Assembly (NCBI RefSeq): GCF_009914755.1
Contig: NC_060943.1
From: the human T2T-CHM13v2.0 reference genome, Homo sapiens
Direction: 5' to 3' (one strand)
DNA length: 64,000 nt
Made by a program: the position numbers and the translations under genes. Below the pieces are notes generated by a model that saw nothing but the letters and a program-made list of their open reading frames with translations, had not been told where the DNA came from and searched no databases. Within the stretch, counting starts at the first letter, position 1. Each line of letters opens with the position of its first letter. Below are positions 25,150 to 38,953 of this stretch, piece after piece.

Positions 25150-26590
25150 ATGTGCTATTTTAACCACTTTAAAATCCACGATCAAGTGAAATTAACCACA
25201 TACACCATGTTAAATTACCATCACCACTATTTTCCCTAGAAAATTTTTATCATTTTAAACTGAAACTTTGTATCTTTTAAACAATAACTCTTTGTATGTT
25301 CTACTCTAGACCTTGATCATCTCTACTCTGTCTCTATGAATTTGCCTATTCTTGATGTTTCATATAAATGGAATTATACAATTATGTTATTTTGTTTCTG
25401 ACATATTTCACTTAGCATAATGTTTCCAAAGTCCATGCATGTTCCAGCGGGTGTCAGAGCTTCATTCCTCTTTATGGCAGATTAACATTCTGTTGTATGT
25501 GTCACCATATTTATTTATTCATGTGTTGATGAACACTTGGATTGTTTTCATATTTTATCTTTTGTGAATAATGCTGCAATGAACATTCCCATGCAAGTAC
25601 CTGTTTGAGGCCCTGGATTTAATTTTTTGGGTATATACCTAGGAATGGGTGTTGTTTCAAATGAGAATTCTATGATTAGCTTTTTGAGAAACAGCAAAAC
25701 TGTTTCTCCTAGTGGCTGTACCTTTTATATTCTCACCAGCAATGTATGAAGATTTCAAATTCTACATAATGCTGCTACTTGTTATTTAACATTGTAAAAG
25801 AATGGTAGCCAGTTTTGTAGGTGTGATGTGGTGTCTCCTTGCAGCTTTGACTTTGTATTTTCCTAATGACTAATGATGTTGAGTATCTTTTCATGTCCTT
25901 CTTGACTATTTGTATATCTTCTTTGAAGAAATGTCTATTTGAGTCTTTTGCCCATTTATAAATTGGATGATTTGTCCTTTCTTTATTGAGTTGTAGCTAG
26001 TTCTTGATATTATCTGGACATGAAAACTGCCTATATGTGGTTTGCAAGTATTTTCTCTCGTTCGGTGTCTATTAAATATTTTCTTGATAATTTCCTTTGA
26101 TGCACAAAAGGCTCACATCCTGATAATGCCCAATTTATCTTTTTTTCTTGTTACTCATGCTTTTGTATCATATCTAAGAATCCATGGCACATTTGAGGTC
26201 ATCAGTATGTACCTCTGTGTCTATTTTAAGATGTTTTTATGGTTATAGGTCTTATATTTAACTCACTGATCAATTTTTTAGAGAATTGTTTCATATGGTG
26301 GGAGGCAGAGTTATCTAAATTAACTGTTTTGCATGTGGTTATCTAGTTGTTTCTGCACTATCATTTGAAAGAAGAATTGTTAATCCATTAAATTGTCTTG
26401 ACAACCTCTTCAAAGAGTAATTGATCATAAGTGTGAGGGTTTATTTCTAGACTCTCAATTCTATCCCATTTGTCTTTATGTCCATTCTTTTGCCAGCAGC
26501 TTCTGTTTTAATAATTGTACTCCTTTGCGAGATTTCAAGTAAAGTTCAAGCCTACAATTTATTTTGGCAAGATTATTGTGGCTATTCAGT
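25150..26590 (-). mobile_element. Old L1 3' fragment (paralog of 6050-7490)
   Basis: Duplicated with the segment. Confidence 0.8.
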
Positions 26591-26906
26591 GTTCCTTTTC
26601 TGAAAGGTGGGGAGGCCAATGTTTCACCATTGGGAAAGCCTTTTCTGTCTTCTTCAGGGGGAAATTTGGGAGAACCTTTTAAGAAACTTTATCTAAGTAG
26701 GTAAACTCTCACCACTTTATTTGCTGAAGTGCTATGTTAAAGTGTGCATTGCCTCTTGTGGAAGAATTGTGAGACCCTGGAAGCACCTGCCCACGTGGTG
26801 AGAGACAGTGAATTCCATGATGAGGGGCAGAGAGGACGTTGTTTTGTGATACAATGTTGTTGGGGGAGTTGTATACATCTCTATTTCTTTGTCTCTGTAC
26901 AGTGGG

Positions 26907-27901
26907 TGTAGGGACCAGCCCCACAGGGTCGGCGGGTTTTTCTCCCCATGTGTGGAGACAAGAGATTGTAGAAATAAAGACACAAGACAAAGAGATAAAA
27001 GACAGCTGGGCCCGGGGAACCACTACCACCAAGATGCGGAGATCGTTAGTGGCCTCGAATGCCAAGCTGTGCTGATATTTATTGGATACAAGACAAACGG
27101 GCAGGATAAGGAATGTGAGCCATCTCCAATGATAGGTAAGGTCACATGGGTCATATGTCCACTGGACAGGGGGCCCTTCCCTGCCTGGCAGCCAAGGCAG
27201 AGAGCAAGAGGAGAAAGAGAGAGAGAGCTTACACCATTATTTCTGCTTATTAGAGACTTTTAGTACTTTCACTAATTTGCTACTGCTAACTAAACGGCAG
27301 AGCCAGTTGTACAGGATGGAACATGAAGGTGGACTAGGAGTGTGACCACTGAAGCACAGCATCACAGGGAGACAGGCCTCTGAATAACTGCGGGTCGACC
27401 TGACTAACGTCAAGCCCTCCACAAGAGGTGGAGGAGCAGAGTCTTCTCTAAACTCCCCCGGGGAAAGGGAGACTCCCTTTCCCGGTCTGCTAAGTAGAGG
27501 GTGTTTTTCCTTGACACTGAGGCTACCACTACATCATGGTTCGCCTGGAAACCGGCATCTTCCCAGACGCTGGCGTTACCACTAGACCAAGGAGCCCTCT
27601 AGTGGCCCTGTCTGGGCATAACAGAAGGCTCGCACTATTGTCTTCTGGTCACTTCTCACTATGTCTCCCCAGCTCCTATCGCTGTATGGCCTGGCTTTTC
27701 CTAGGTTATGATTATAGACCAAAGATTATTATAATATTGGAATAAAGAGCAATGCTACCAACTAATGATTAATAATATTCATATATAATCATATCTAAGA
27801 TCTATATCTGGTATAACTATTCTTCTTTTATATTTTATTATACTGGAACAGCTGGTGTCCTCGGTCTCTTGCCTCGGCACCTGGGTGGCTTGCCGCCCAC
27901 A
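26907..27901 (-). mobile_element. Solo LTR13, duplicated copy
   Basis: 995 bp, same termini and same AGTGGG TSD (26901-26906, 27902-27907). Confidence 0.9.
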
Positions 27902-28427
27902 AGTGGGCATCTCCATTGGACACAGTAGGCTTTGAAATCCTTGTTTATCCTCTGGGGTCTGGGTCTTGGCTTACCTGTTAGCTGCAGCTGAAAGAGGTGT
28001 CTGCTAAGTCAATGACACCTGTGGGGAGAAGAAGGATTCAGCAGAGTGAAAGTAGCTGGGGCTCAGAGAAGCCAGGAAAGTCTGACTCTTAGAAACTGTG
28101 GGTCAGCAGATGGGTGTCCTCAGGGATAAATGGGCCATGCCAGTAGCCACTGCAGTGAACTGGAAGAAGGTAAGGGATGCTGGGTATCCCATGTTCTCTC
28201 TCAGCTCTGCAGCTGAAGATTTGGGCCCTGGGCTGGTACGGCCCTGCAGCAGGGGAAGGGTATACAGGAATGGCTGCATATCGGGACAAAGTCCATGTCA
28301 TCTTCTTAGGCATTGTTACTGCAGATGGAGGATTGTGTTCAGAGACCTGGCCTAAACACATGGGAGGGCCCACCCCATTCTGTTAAAATTATTTTAAGAG
28401 AACAGTATTAGCAAATGTGGTACATGT

Positions 28428-30300
28428 TTTATTCTGCTAGAATCAGTCTTACTGTCACGTTTTACAATGTATCTCTTAGGAAATGGCAAGAGTCATCCAC
28501 ACAATGTGCATTTAAAGGGGACTCTACTATAATTTCAGCTTTCCTACTCTTTGTAGAAACCATCTTCTCTGCAAACACACAGGCAATATCTCTGTATTCA
28601 TTTCTATTGGGAGCCCTTTATGCAAGGTGGAGAGAGCCACATTTCCCCTGAGATTTTACGTAAAAGTTTGAGGTTGAGACGACATATCTGACACTCTGTT
28701 GTTATCCTCAGAAGCTACTACATGTGAAATTCTAATGACTGCATTATCTTGCCAAGTGAAAGAGGCAGGCATGAGCAAGGACAGTTAAGAGGGGTGAGAG
28801 CCTCATCATGATGGGGAGTCTTGTTCTGACATCTTGGGAAAAACTGTCCACAGTGTGAAGTCATCCACTTGTTGTCCTGGTTTACAGTTTGAGCAGCTGT
28901 TGTTATGGTGTCGAACATTTTGGTGAGTTCTGAGTGGCTCACGCTTCAGGTACAAGGGTTTTCCCATGAAATTTACATTGAGTTGTCCACCTCCCGCTTA
29001 TAGGGCTTCTGGAACAGAGTGGGTCTTGCTCTTCGTGATTCCATGGGAGAAAATGGAATTGGAGGAACTAGTAGAATTCAGGGTAATGTCCAGTCTACAG
29101 GTGGATAATAAAAACACAGAAACAATGAACAAAGTTGCAATCTCATAACCGGTGTACTACAGTTTTTATTTTCCACATAATTTTTCTCTCTATGGGCATC
29201 TCTAGTTTTACCAGTGATAATTTCAGTAGAATAAATTTGTTTGCAAAATAGGTTGAGTTTCTTCAAACGTGGTCTGATTCTTTACATAAGTGCAGCAAGA
29301 GTAGCAATGGACCATGTAGGATCTCTTTTAAAATTTTCTTTGCTCTAAGTTTTTATAAGGAATCTCAGATTAAACTTTTACAAACCTCTTGAGAATAGGA
29401 AGCCAAACCAAGGCTGAGTTTAGACTTTGCCTGCAGTTCATACTGGTTCATTCTGTCTATATTCTTAAATATAACATCCCAGTCAAAGCCTTGGTAATAT
29501 AACCAATGATTTGAAATGTGTCCTGTTACAAAGAGAGCAGATTGTTGCTGTACTTGTGCAAATATCTGTATTACCATAAACATATCAATACTCATGAATA
29601 GTTGCCCAATTATGGGGCAGTCAGGTAGACAGCAAAAGTAAATGTTTCAATTACAGTTCCCAGAAGTATAGTTTATTGAACTGCTATAAGCTATAGATAG
29701 ATTAAAAGAAAAAAATTCCATAAATCTAGAAAACAAACCATTTAAAGAATCAGCAAATTTTCAAACAAAAATCATAAAAACATTATCCTCATTATTATCA
29801 ATTGTTTCAATGAAATCAGTGTTTCTCCTGCTTGGTCTAGGCTGGGAATTTTAAGAAGATATCAGCCTGTTTCTTAAAGTTTTGGAAGTTCTTAGACAGT
29901 CCAGTGGTATAATCTGAAAGTTATCAGAAACTTGTATTAAAGAGTTCTTGTCAGCATCTTTTCCATAAATCTCCTTGAAAAGGAAGCAATTTTGGACTGT
30001 AGCTGATTGGAAATGCTTTGAGGAAGAATAAAAACAACATCTGTGAATGACAAAGATTTTAAATGACTATGGTTTAAACTCTGATGAGAATTCATTATGA
30101 TAACACAGCTCACATAAAAAGTTACTTCTGTGGTATATGACATTATGGCTGATAACATATTTAATTTCTAGGAATCTCATACAATTTCTGGAACAATCAT
30201 ATCAGTAACATATCCATTAATATAACATAGAGAAAGTTTAGCATCCTTTACCACTTATGATTTGAAAATGCTTTTCATATAATTTTACATATCAAATAAA
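28428..30300 (-). other. Orphan PSG-type 3' terminal module (MER65-int-like) downstream of the CEACAM pseudogene
   Basis: Intact acceptors and tails DWTLP* (29078-29094), EAL* (28998-29008), AYSSSINYTSGNCN* (29647-29690), plus AATAAA at 28428-28433. Confidence 0.8.
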
Positions 30301-30540
30301 GTGGCTTTTCCATGTAGCTTGTGTTTCTCAGCAGGATTACTGAGGTCTTTGTGGAGGCCATTAATGAATAGGGCCAGGAAAGCATAGGCTTATGTATGCT
30401 GAAAAATTTCCCTAGATAATTCCAATACTCCCAGCTAATAAGCATTAATTTAGGTCTAAGTTTTACCTATTAGAACAGCTGTTCTTTATCCTGGTTACAC
30501 ATTAGTAGCATCTGGGAAGACTTAAAAACTAACAATGCCT

Positions 30541-30859
<319 letters not shown>

Positions 30860-31870
30860 TTAGACCATTAAATTGGATCCTCTGGGTGGGGCTTGGGCAT
30901 CCATTTAAAAAAATGTTTTCTGGTGATTCCAATGTGAAGCTATATTTCCCATCAGATTTCTCTGATTTCTTGTGGCATTCACTTTTTTTCTATTTTGGTA
31001 TTATAATTATTTTTCTGGTCTTATCATCTATCTTAGGCTTTATGTTCCTTGGGGTAGAAACCTTGCCTTCTTCATTTCTGTATCGTTCATGAACATATGA
31101 GTTGGTCATCAGGAAAAGGTTCTCAATCACATGTAGGTTGTGTTCTGAGTCTCAGGTTTACACATTAATGCTGGAGTCATTTTCCTCTGGGAGGTCAGAG
31201 GTTGCTTTTGATGAAGGGTATGGGTAAGCCCATAATGCAGATGGTAGATGGGAGATCACACTGTTTTTAGCCACGGCATTGGAACTAAGCATTCTATGTG
31301 TATATCAGGTGGAAGGGAAGGGATGTGTAGACAGACAGATTTAATTAGAATGGAGGAATTACACTAGGGAATAGAGGTAATGGAAACAGTAAAAATTAGT
31401 AAAGAGAAGAAATGTGAACTTATCAAATAGGCAAGAGTAGATCTCTGAAGATTTTTGAATAGGGGAGTTAACTAGAATTTAGGAAGGTAACAAGGCAGTC
31501 ACACACAAGGAAGATTTCAAAGACTGGAGGTAAGTCAAACAGTACCTCTAGCAGTTATTGAGGTTGTGGGAATGGAGAGAATGACACAAGTGAGAGATGT
31601 TAAAAAAAAGGATCAAGAAGGTTTTATAAGATATTGAATCTGGGAAACAAATTAGCAGAGGTTGAGGATAATCATTTGTAGGAGACAGTGGGGTACAGGT
31701 AGCATGAAGAACAGGGGAGAAGAGACCTGCAGGAATAAATGCTGAGAAGCAGGAGTTTAGTGGGAGGAGGAGGAGATCCAGTCCCAAATACCGGCAAAGA
31801 AGTCCTTTCCCTCTCCCAAGCAAGGCAGTCAGCCCTGCAGGAAACAGGACAAAAGGAAAGGCCATCATAC

Positions 31871-31997
31871 CTGCCAGTCTTCCTGAAATAAACTACACCA
31901 GGGCTGGTAGATCAGAGCCACACTGGCCAGTACTCCAATCAGGATGCCGACAGTGGCTCTACCTGAAAGGCCAGGAGTACTTCTTGTACTGAAGTAT
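31871..31997 (-). pseudogene. CEACAM membrane/GPI-signal (M) exon, frameshifted
   Basis: Acceptor ttccatgacag, donor GTATG; shifted frame reads STPGLSGRATVGILIGVLASVALI (cf. CEACAM8 SSPGLSARATVSIMIGVLARVALI as recalled); phase-1 frame gives DTSVQEVLLAFQVEPLSAS*. Confidence 0.88.
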
Positions 31998-32956
31998 CTG
32001 TCATGGAAAGAAAAGAAGAGAAGGAATAAAGGTGATGTTATTTTACAGTGTGCTAACTTAGGAACCATCACTAAGTATGAGGTAGTTTCTACTTGTTCCT
32101 TCAGGGATTAATTTTGTGGGAGGGTTGCTGGTAGATGATTAGCCAACTATATTCTTGCAGTTTTTTTATCTCTCAATGTGTTTCTAGGTTAGTGATCAGT
32201 CTTCTGTCAATTTCATCCTGACCATGCTGCACTCAGACATTTTTGAAGGTATCATAAAGATGTGAGAAAGGCTGACTGCTATTTTCTGTGTCATTAGAAC
32301 TTTCTACCCTTTCGTGGTTGCATCTTTTTCTCAGTGTGTCAGTTGTGGTAGGCATGAATAAGACTGTCAGTTCTCCATGGCAGCTTGTGTTTCTCAAAAG
32401 GATTATTGAGTTCTTGGTGGAGCCCATTAATGAATAGGGCCCAGAAAGTATAGGCTTATGTATGTTGAAAAATTTCCCTAGGTAATTCCAATACTCCCAG
32501 CTAATAGTTGATTAATTAATAATCGATTGACTTGATTGACAGAAGGCCCAGATCAGTGCATTCCAAATTGACAACCTACTTTGCATAGAGTCCTCACTTT
32601 CCTGAAGCTCCCAGCAGGGATATGAAAGCAAGCCCTGTTCTGCAAGATTCTGTTTTACTCTCTTGGGTGACTGGTGGGAGGACTCCCTGTCAGCCTTGCC
32701 ATGCTCTCTTTGAACTGAAGCTAAATCTTCTTTCTCTTTCTCCCTCACAGGAGTCAGATTTGCATAGTGGTCTCAAGGCTCTCCCAGACTTTTTTCATGC
32801 CTGCCCCACTTTCCCTCACAGGCATTTTTCCTAATACATTATCCTGCATGTCTAATCTCATCTTGGATGCATCTCAGTGGGTATAAACTAACATACCAGG
32901 CTTGATTTTTTTGCACTTAGCTTTTTTCTCTCTCTCCCACATGTAGCCAGTAACTG

Positions 32957-33168
32957 TGTCCTAGTGTTTTATGTGTTACCTGTTTTTTCTTGTGTATAGG
33001 AAAAATATATATATTTCCATATACTTATTTAAATATAATATATAATAACAAAATATATAATAATATAAAATGTATAATAATGTAAAACATATACACATTT
33101 CCATATATGTATATGGAAAAAGAGGTAACACATAAAACACCAGGACATTTATATATAATAAAACTGAC

Positions 33169-33221
<53 letters not shown>

Positions 33222-33549
33222 TCTGGTAGTCTTACCCTCTCTATAAATACACACTTTTTGTCACTGCCCCTTCCCTCCCATGCAGAGCTCCCATGGCCAA
33301 ATCTCCTATTTCTCCAAGTGTGTGTCCCTCACTGTCCTCTGTGCTGTGTCCCATGTGCTGTGTCCACAGCCTCCTAGTGTTTTATGTGTTACCTCTTTTT
33401 CTATATATACATATGGAAAAAGCATATACATATTTATCTCTATATATTTATTTATATAAAATATATAATCTAAAAGTATATATATACAACCATTTAAAAT
33501 ATATACATATTTCCATATATATAAAAAAGGTTACACATAAAACACTAGG
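32957..33549. repeat. Two AT-rich fold-back cassettes with inverted arms, plus a (TA)n run at about 33175-33218
   Basis: Arms CCTAGTGTTTTATGTGTTACCT and reverse complement at 32957-32988/33117-33147 and 33373-33400/33523-33549. Confidence 0.85.
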
Positions 33550-33859
33550 CCATTTATATGTAAAATTCACATATGTAATATAAATGCCAATTTTATCATA
33601 TATAAATGATAAGTATATACACGATAGACTTATCATATATAAGGTGAATTTGGAATGCTCTGACCTGGGCCCTCTGTCAATCAAGTCCCTGCCATGGAGG
33701 CCACTCATTGCTGCCACAACTGAGACACCAAGAGAAAGATGCAACTATGAAATGGTGAAAAGTTCTAAAGTCATAGAAAATAGCAATCAGCCTTTCTCAC
33801 ATTCCAAAACCTTCAAAAATATCTGAGTGCAACATGTCCAGGATGGAATGAAAAACTTC

Positions 33860-35600
<1,741 letters not shown>

Positions 35601-36444
35601 TCTTAGATATATAGTGTCTAGTACTCTTACCCTCTCTATAAATACACACTTTTTGTCACTGTTCCTTCCCTGCCATAGAGAGCTTCTGTGAGTTAATCTC
35701 CCTATTTCTCCAAGTGTGTGTCACTCACTGTCCTCTGTGGTGTATTCCATGTGCTGCGTCCACAGACTCAGAGAGACAGTGACTTCAGAGCCAGGACACA
35801 GCCCTATTCCCATTTTTTAAAGCCTTACTCATGGGAGGCTTGGCTTCTACTGGCAGCTCGATTTAGCCAGATTCAGAACCGGCCACCCAGGCACCTTATC
35901 CACATGCCCTGGCCCCAGCCCGGGTGGAGTCAGGGTAGGGTCAGTCACTGGGTGAGCCCACAGCAATGCAGGGAGCAGAGTCTGAGCTGCTTCTCCCTCA
36001 CCCAAGGGGCTTCCTCCTCTCATTTGGGGAAAAGTGTGGGCTTGTTTTGAAGCCTCTGATGTTCATCACAGCTCATGGAGTACACACACACAGACACACA
36101 CACAAAGGAGACAGAAGGGATATTTTGGTGACAGAAACAGCTTGACCATGAGGACCCTCCTCTTTCTCCCTCCATGAAGGCCCTTATACTGCATAGTGCT
36201 TGGGGCTGATAAAGCCATTTCCCTACATTTCTCAGGCTGGACCCAAGGTCATCCACCAGAAATCCGGAAAACAAAGGGAAGAGAATCTGTAGATATGAAT
36301 TGGGAGGGTTCAGGAGAAAAATTTGGATTTACTTTTGTGCATGGGACACAGGCTGAGAATAAAAATGTTTTCCTGGCTCTTTCTTGGAAAGCCAGATAGG
36401 CTTCACCTGAAAGCATATTGCCAATGCTCCAGCGATCCACTTAC

Positions 36445-36699
36445 CAGGGACTCTGATTTTCTTGGTTGCGAAGTTTTTGCCATTAGTGACTGGGTTATGG
36501 ACATAACACAGATAGTCCCCACTATTCTCTGTAGTGACTTGGGAGATAAAGAGCTCTTGTCCTGTTTGCTGGTTATTCCCATTCAGCAGCCAAGAATGCT
36601 CTACTGATGGGTTAGAGCCCGCAAGGCAGGAGACATTGAGGTTTGACCCTGGATAGTAAAAGGTGTCTGAAGAATAAGTTGTGGGTTCATCTGGGCCAT
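36445..36699 (-). pseudogene. CEACAM IgC-like B exon of the pseudogene, reading frame intact
   Basis: 255 nt, ctccag/GTAAG; YGPDEPTTYSSDTFYYPGSNLNVSCLAGSNPSVEHSWLLNG...SGDYLCYVHNPVTNGKNFATKKIRVP with no stop. Confidence 0.9.
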
Positions 36700-37087
36700 C
36701 TGGAGCAAAGAGAATAAAGTCACAGGTAATGTTATCAGAGGGAATGGGAAGCTCCTGGTCTGTGAAAGGGGCACAGTGTTCCTTTTTGCCAAGTCACAAC
36801 CCCAAAGTCCCAGCCAAACTTCCTCTGTGTTCACTGAACTGGAGGAGTCAACGACATTCACCTGTTTCTCCCATCACAAGCTGTGGAACCAGAGTCTCCT
36901 AAGACCGGAGAAGCCCCTCCCTTCCTGGGCCTACCCAGGTTTGCCTGGGGCAGCAAGTCATGGCCAGCTTGGGGGTCTAGGGGTAAGTGTATTCATACTT
37001 GGACCTGAGAGGGACTGAGAGGCCTGGCCTCGTGTTATGTGGATTTGGGCTGGCAGCCTTGTCCATGAAGGAAAAGAGGATACTCAC

Positions 37088-37356
37088 AGAGAACATCCAG
37101 GTGACTGGGTCACTGTGGCTGGTACTCACTACATTCTTCCTTTGACATTCAAAGAGTCCTGTGTCACTCCTTGTGACACTGAGTAGAGCAAGGATCCTGT
37201 TATCATTGGACATCTTTAGCCTGGGACTGAGTGTGAGTCTATGACTATTTACCCACCACATGTAGATTGTGCCATGAGTCTCAGGTTCACAGGTTAAGAC
37301 CACAGCCTCCTCATCCTCCGCGGGGTTGCTGGTGACATAGGGCTTGGGCAGATTCA
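37088..37356 (-). pseudogene. CEACAM IgC-like A exon of the pseudogene (269 nt, frameshifted)
   Basis: NLPKPYVTSNPAEDEEAVVLTCEP...FECQRKNVVSTSHSDPVT; 10 nt shorter than the canonical 279 (9-nt loss near the start, 1-nt loss near the end). Confidence 0.9.
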
Positions 37357-37393
37357 CTGTGCAGATAACAGATAAGATTCCTCTGTGTGGCGC

Positions 37394-38953
37394 TGTGTCC
37401 GGAATTGGTGGGTTCTTGGTCTCACTGACTTCAAGAATGAAGCCGTGGACCCTCACAGTGAGTGTTACAGCTCTTAAGTTGGCGCTTCTGGAGTTTGTTC
37501 CTTCTGATGTTTGGATGTGTTTGGAGTTTCTTCCTTCTGGTCGGTTCGTGGTCTTGCTGGTTCAGGAGTGAAGCTGCAGACCTTCGTGGTGAGTGTTACA
37601 GCTCTTAAGGCGGTGTGTCTGGAGTTGTTCATTCCTCCCGGTGGGCTTGTGGTCTCATGGTCTCGCTGGCTTCAGGAGTGAAGCTGCAGACCTTCACAGT
37701 GAGTGTTACAGCTCATAAAAGCAGTGTAGACCCAGAGTGAGCAGTAGCAAGATTTATTGCGAAGAGCAAAAGAACAAAGCTTCCACTATGTGGAAGGGGA
37801 CCCCAGCAGGTTGCCACTGCTGGCTCAGGCAGCCTGCTTTTATTCTCTTATCTGGCCCCACCCACATCCTGCTGATTGGTAGAGCCGAGTGGTCTGTTTT
37901 GACAGGGTGCTGATTGGTGCATTTACAATCCCTGGAGCTATACATAAAAGTTCTCCACCTCCCCACCGGATTAGATACAGAGTATCCACACAAAGGTTCT
38001 CCAAGTCCCCACCAGAGTAGCTAGATACAGAGTGTCCATTGGTGCATTCACCAACCCTGAGCTAGACACAGGGTGCTGATTGGTGTGTTTACAAACCTTG
38101 AGCTAGATAGAGTGCCCATTGGTGTATTTACAATCCCTGAGCCAGACATAAAAGTTCTCCAAGGCCCTAGCAGAGTAGCTAGATACAGAGTGTCGATTGG
38201 TGCATTCACAAACCCTGAGCTAGACTCAGGGTGCTGATTGGTGCGTTTAAAAACCTTGAGGTAGACATAAAGGTTCTCCACATCCCCACCAGACTCAGGA
38301 GCCCAGCTGGCTTCACCCAGTGGATCCCACATTGGGGCTGCAGATGGAGTTGCCTGCCAGTCCCACGCCATGTGCCCGTGCTCCTCAGCCCTTGGGTGGT
38401 TGATGGGACTGGGTGCTGTGGAGCAGGAGGTGGCACTCCTCAGGGAGGCTCCCCCCGCACTGGAGGCTCGGGCCGCACATGGAGGGGGTGGGAGGCTCAG
38501 GCATGGCGGACTGCTGGTCCCGAGCCCTGCCCTGCCAGAAGGCAGCTAAGGCCCGGTGAGAAATCGAGCACAGCGCCGGTGGGCTGGCACTGCTGGGGGA
38601 CCCAGTACACCCTCTGCAGCCGCTGGCTCGGGTGCTAAGCCCCTCATTGCCTGGGGCCAGCAGGGCCAGCCGGCTGCTCCGAGTGCGAGGCCTGCCAAGC
38701 CCACGCCCACCCGGAACTCCAGCTGGCCCGCAAGCGCCACGCGCAGCCCCGGTTCCCGCTGGCGCCTCTCCCTCCACACCTCCCTGCAAGCTGAGGGAGC
38801 TGGCTCTGGCCTTGGCCAGCCCAGAAAGGGGCTCCCACAGTGCAGCGGTGGGCTGAAGAGCTCCTCAAGTGCTGCCAAAGTGGGAGCCCAGGCAGAGGAG
38901 GCACCGAGAGCGAGCGAGGGCTGTGAGGACTGCCAGCATGCTGTGACCTCTCA
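37394..38953 (-). mobile_element. Solo LTR12C (ERV9 LTR)
   Basis: Minus strand starts TGAGAGGTCACAGCATGCTGGCAGTCC and ends CCAATTCCGGACACA; tandem CCAAT repeats 37870-38245; CpG-rich U3; 4-bp TSD GCGC/GCAC. Confidence 0.93.

Noticed and set aside
36977-37456. 159-aa ORF as a real LTR-CEACAM fusion protein
   Set aside because: Starts at GTG, lacks a signal peptide, runs through a frameshift into intron; kept only as context for the LTR12C finding.
37870-38290. Regularly spaced repeats resembling a CRISPR array
   Set aside because: These are the tandem CCAAT/GATA-type U3 repeats of LTR12C in human DNA, with no unique spacers and no cas genes.
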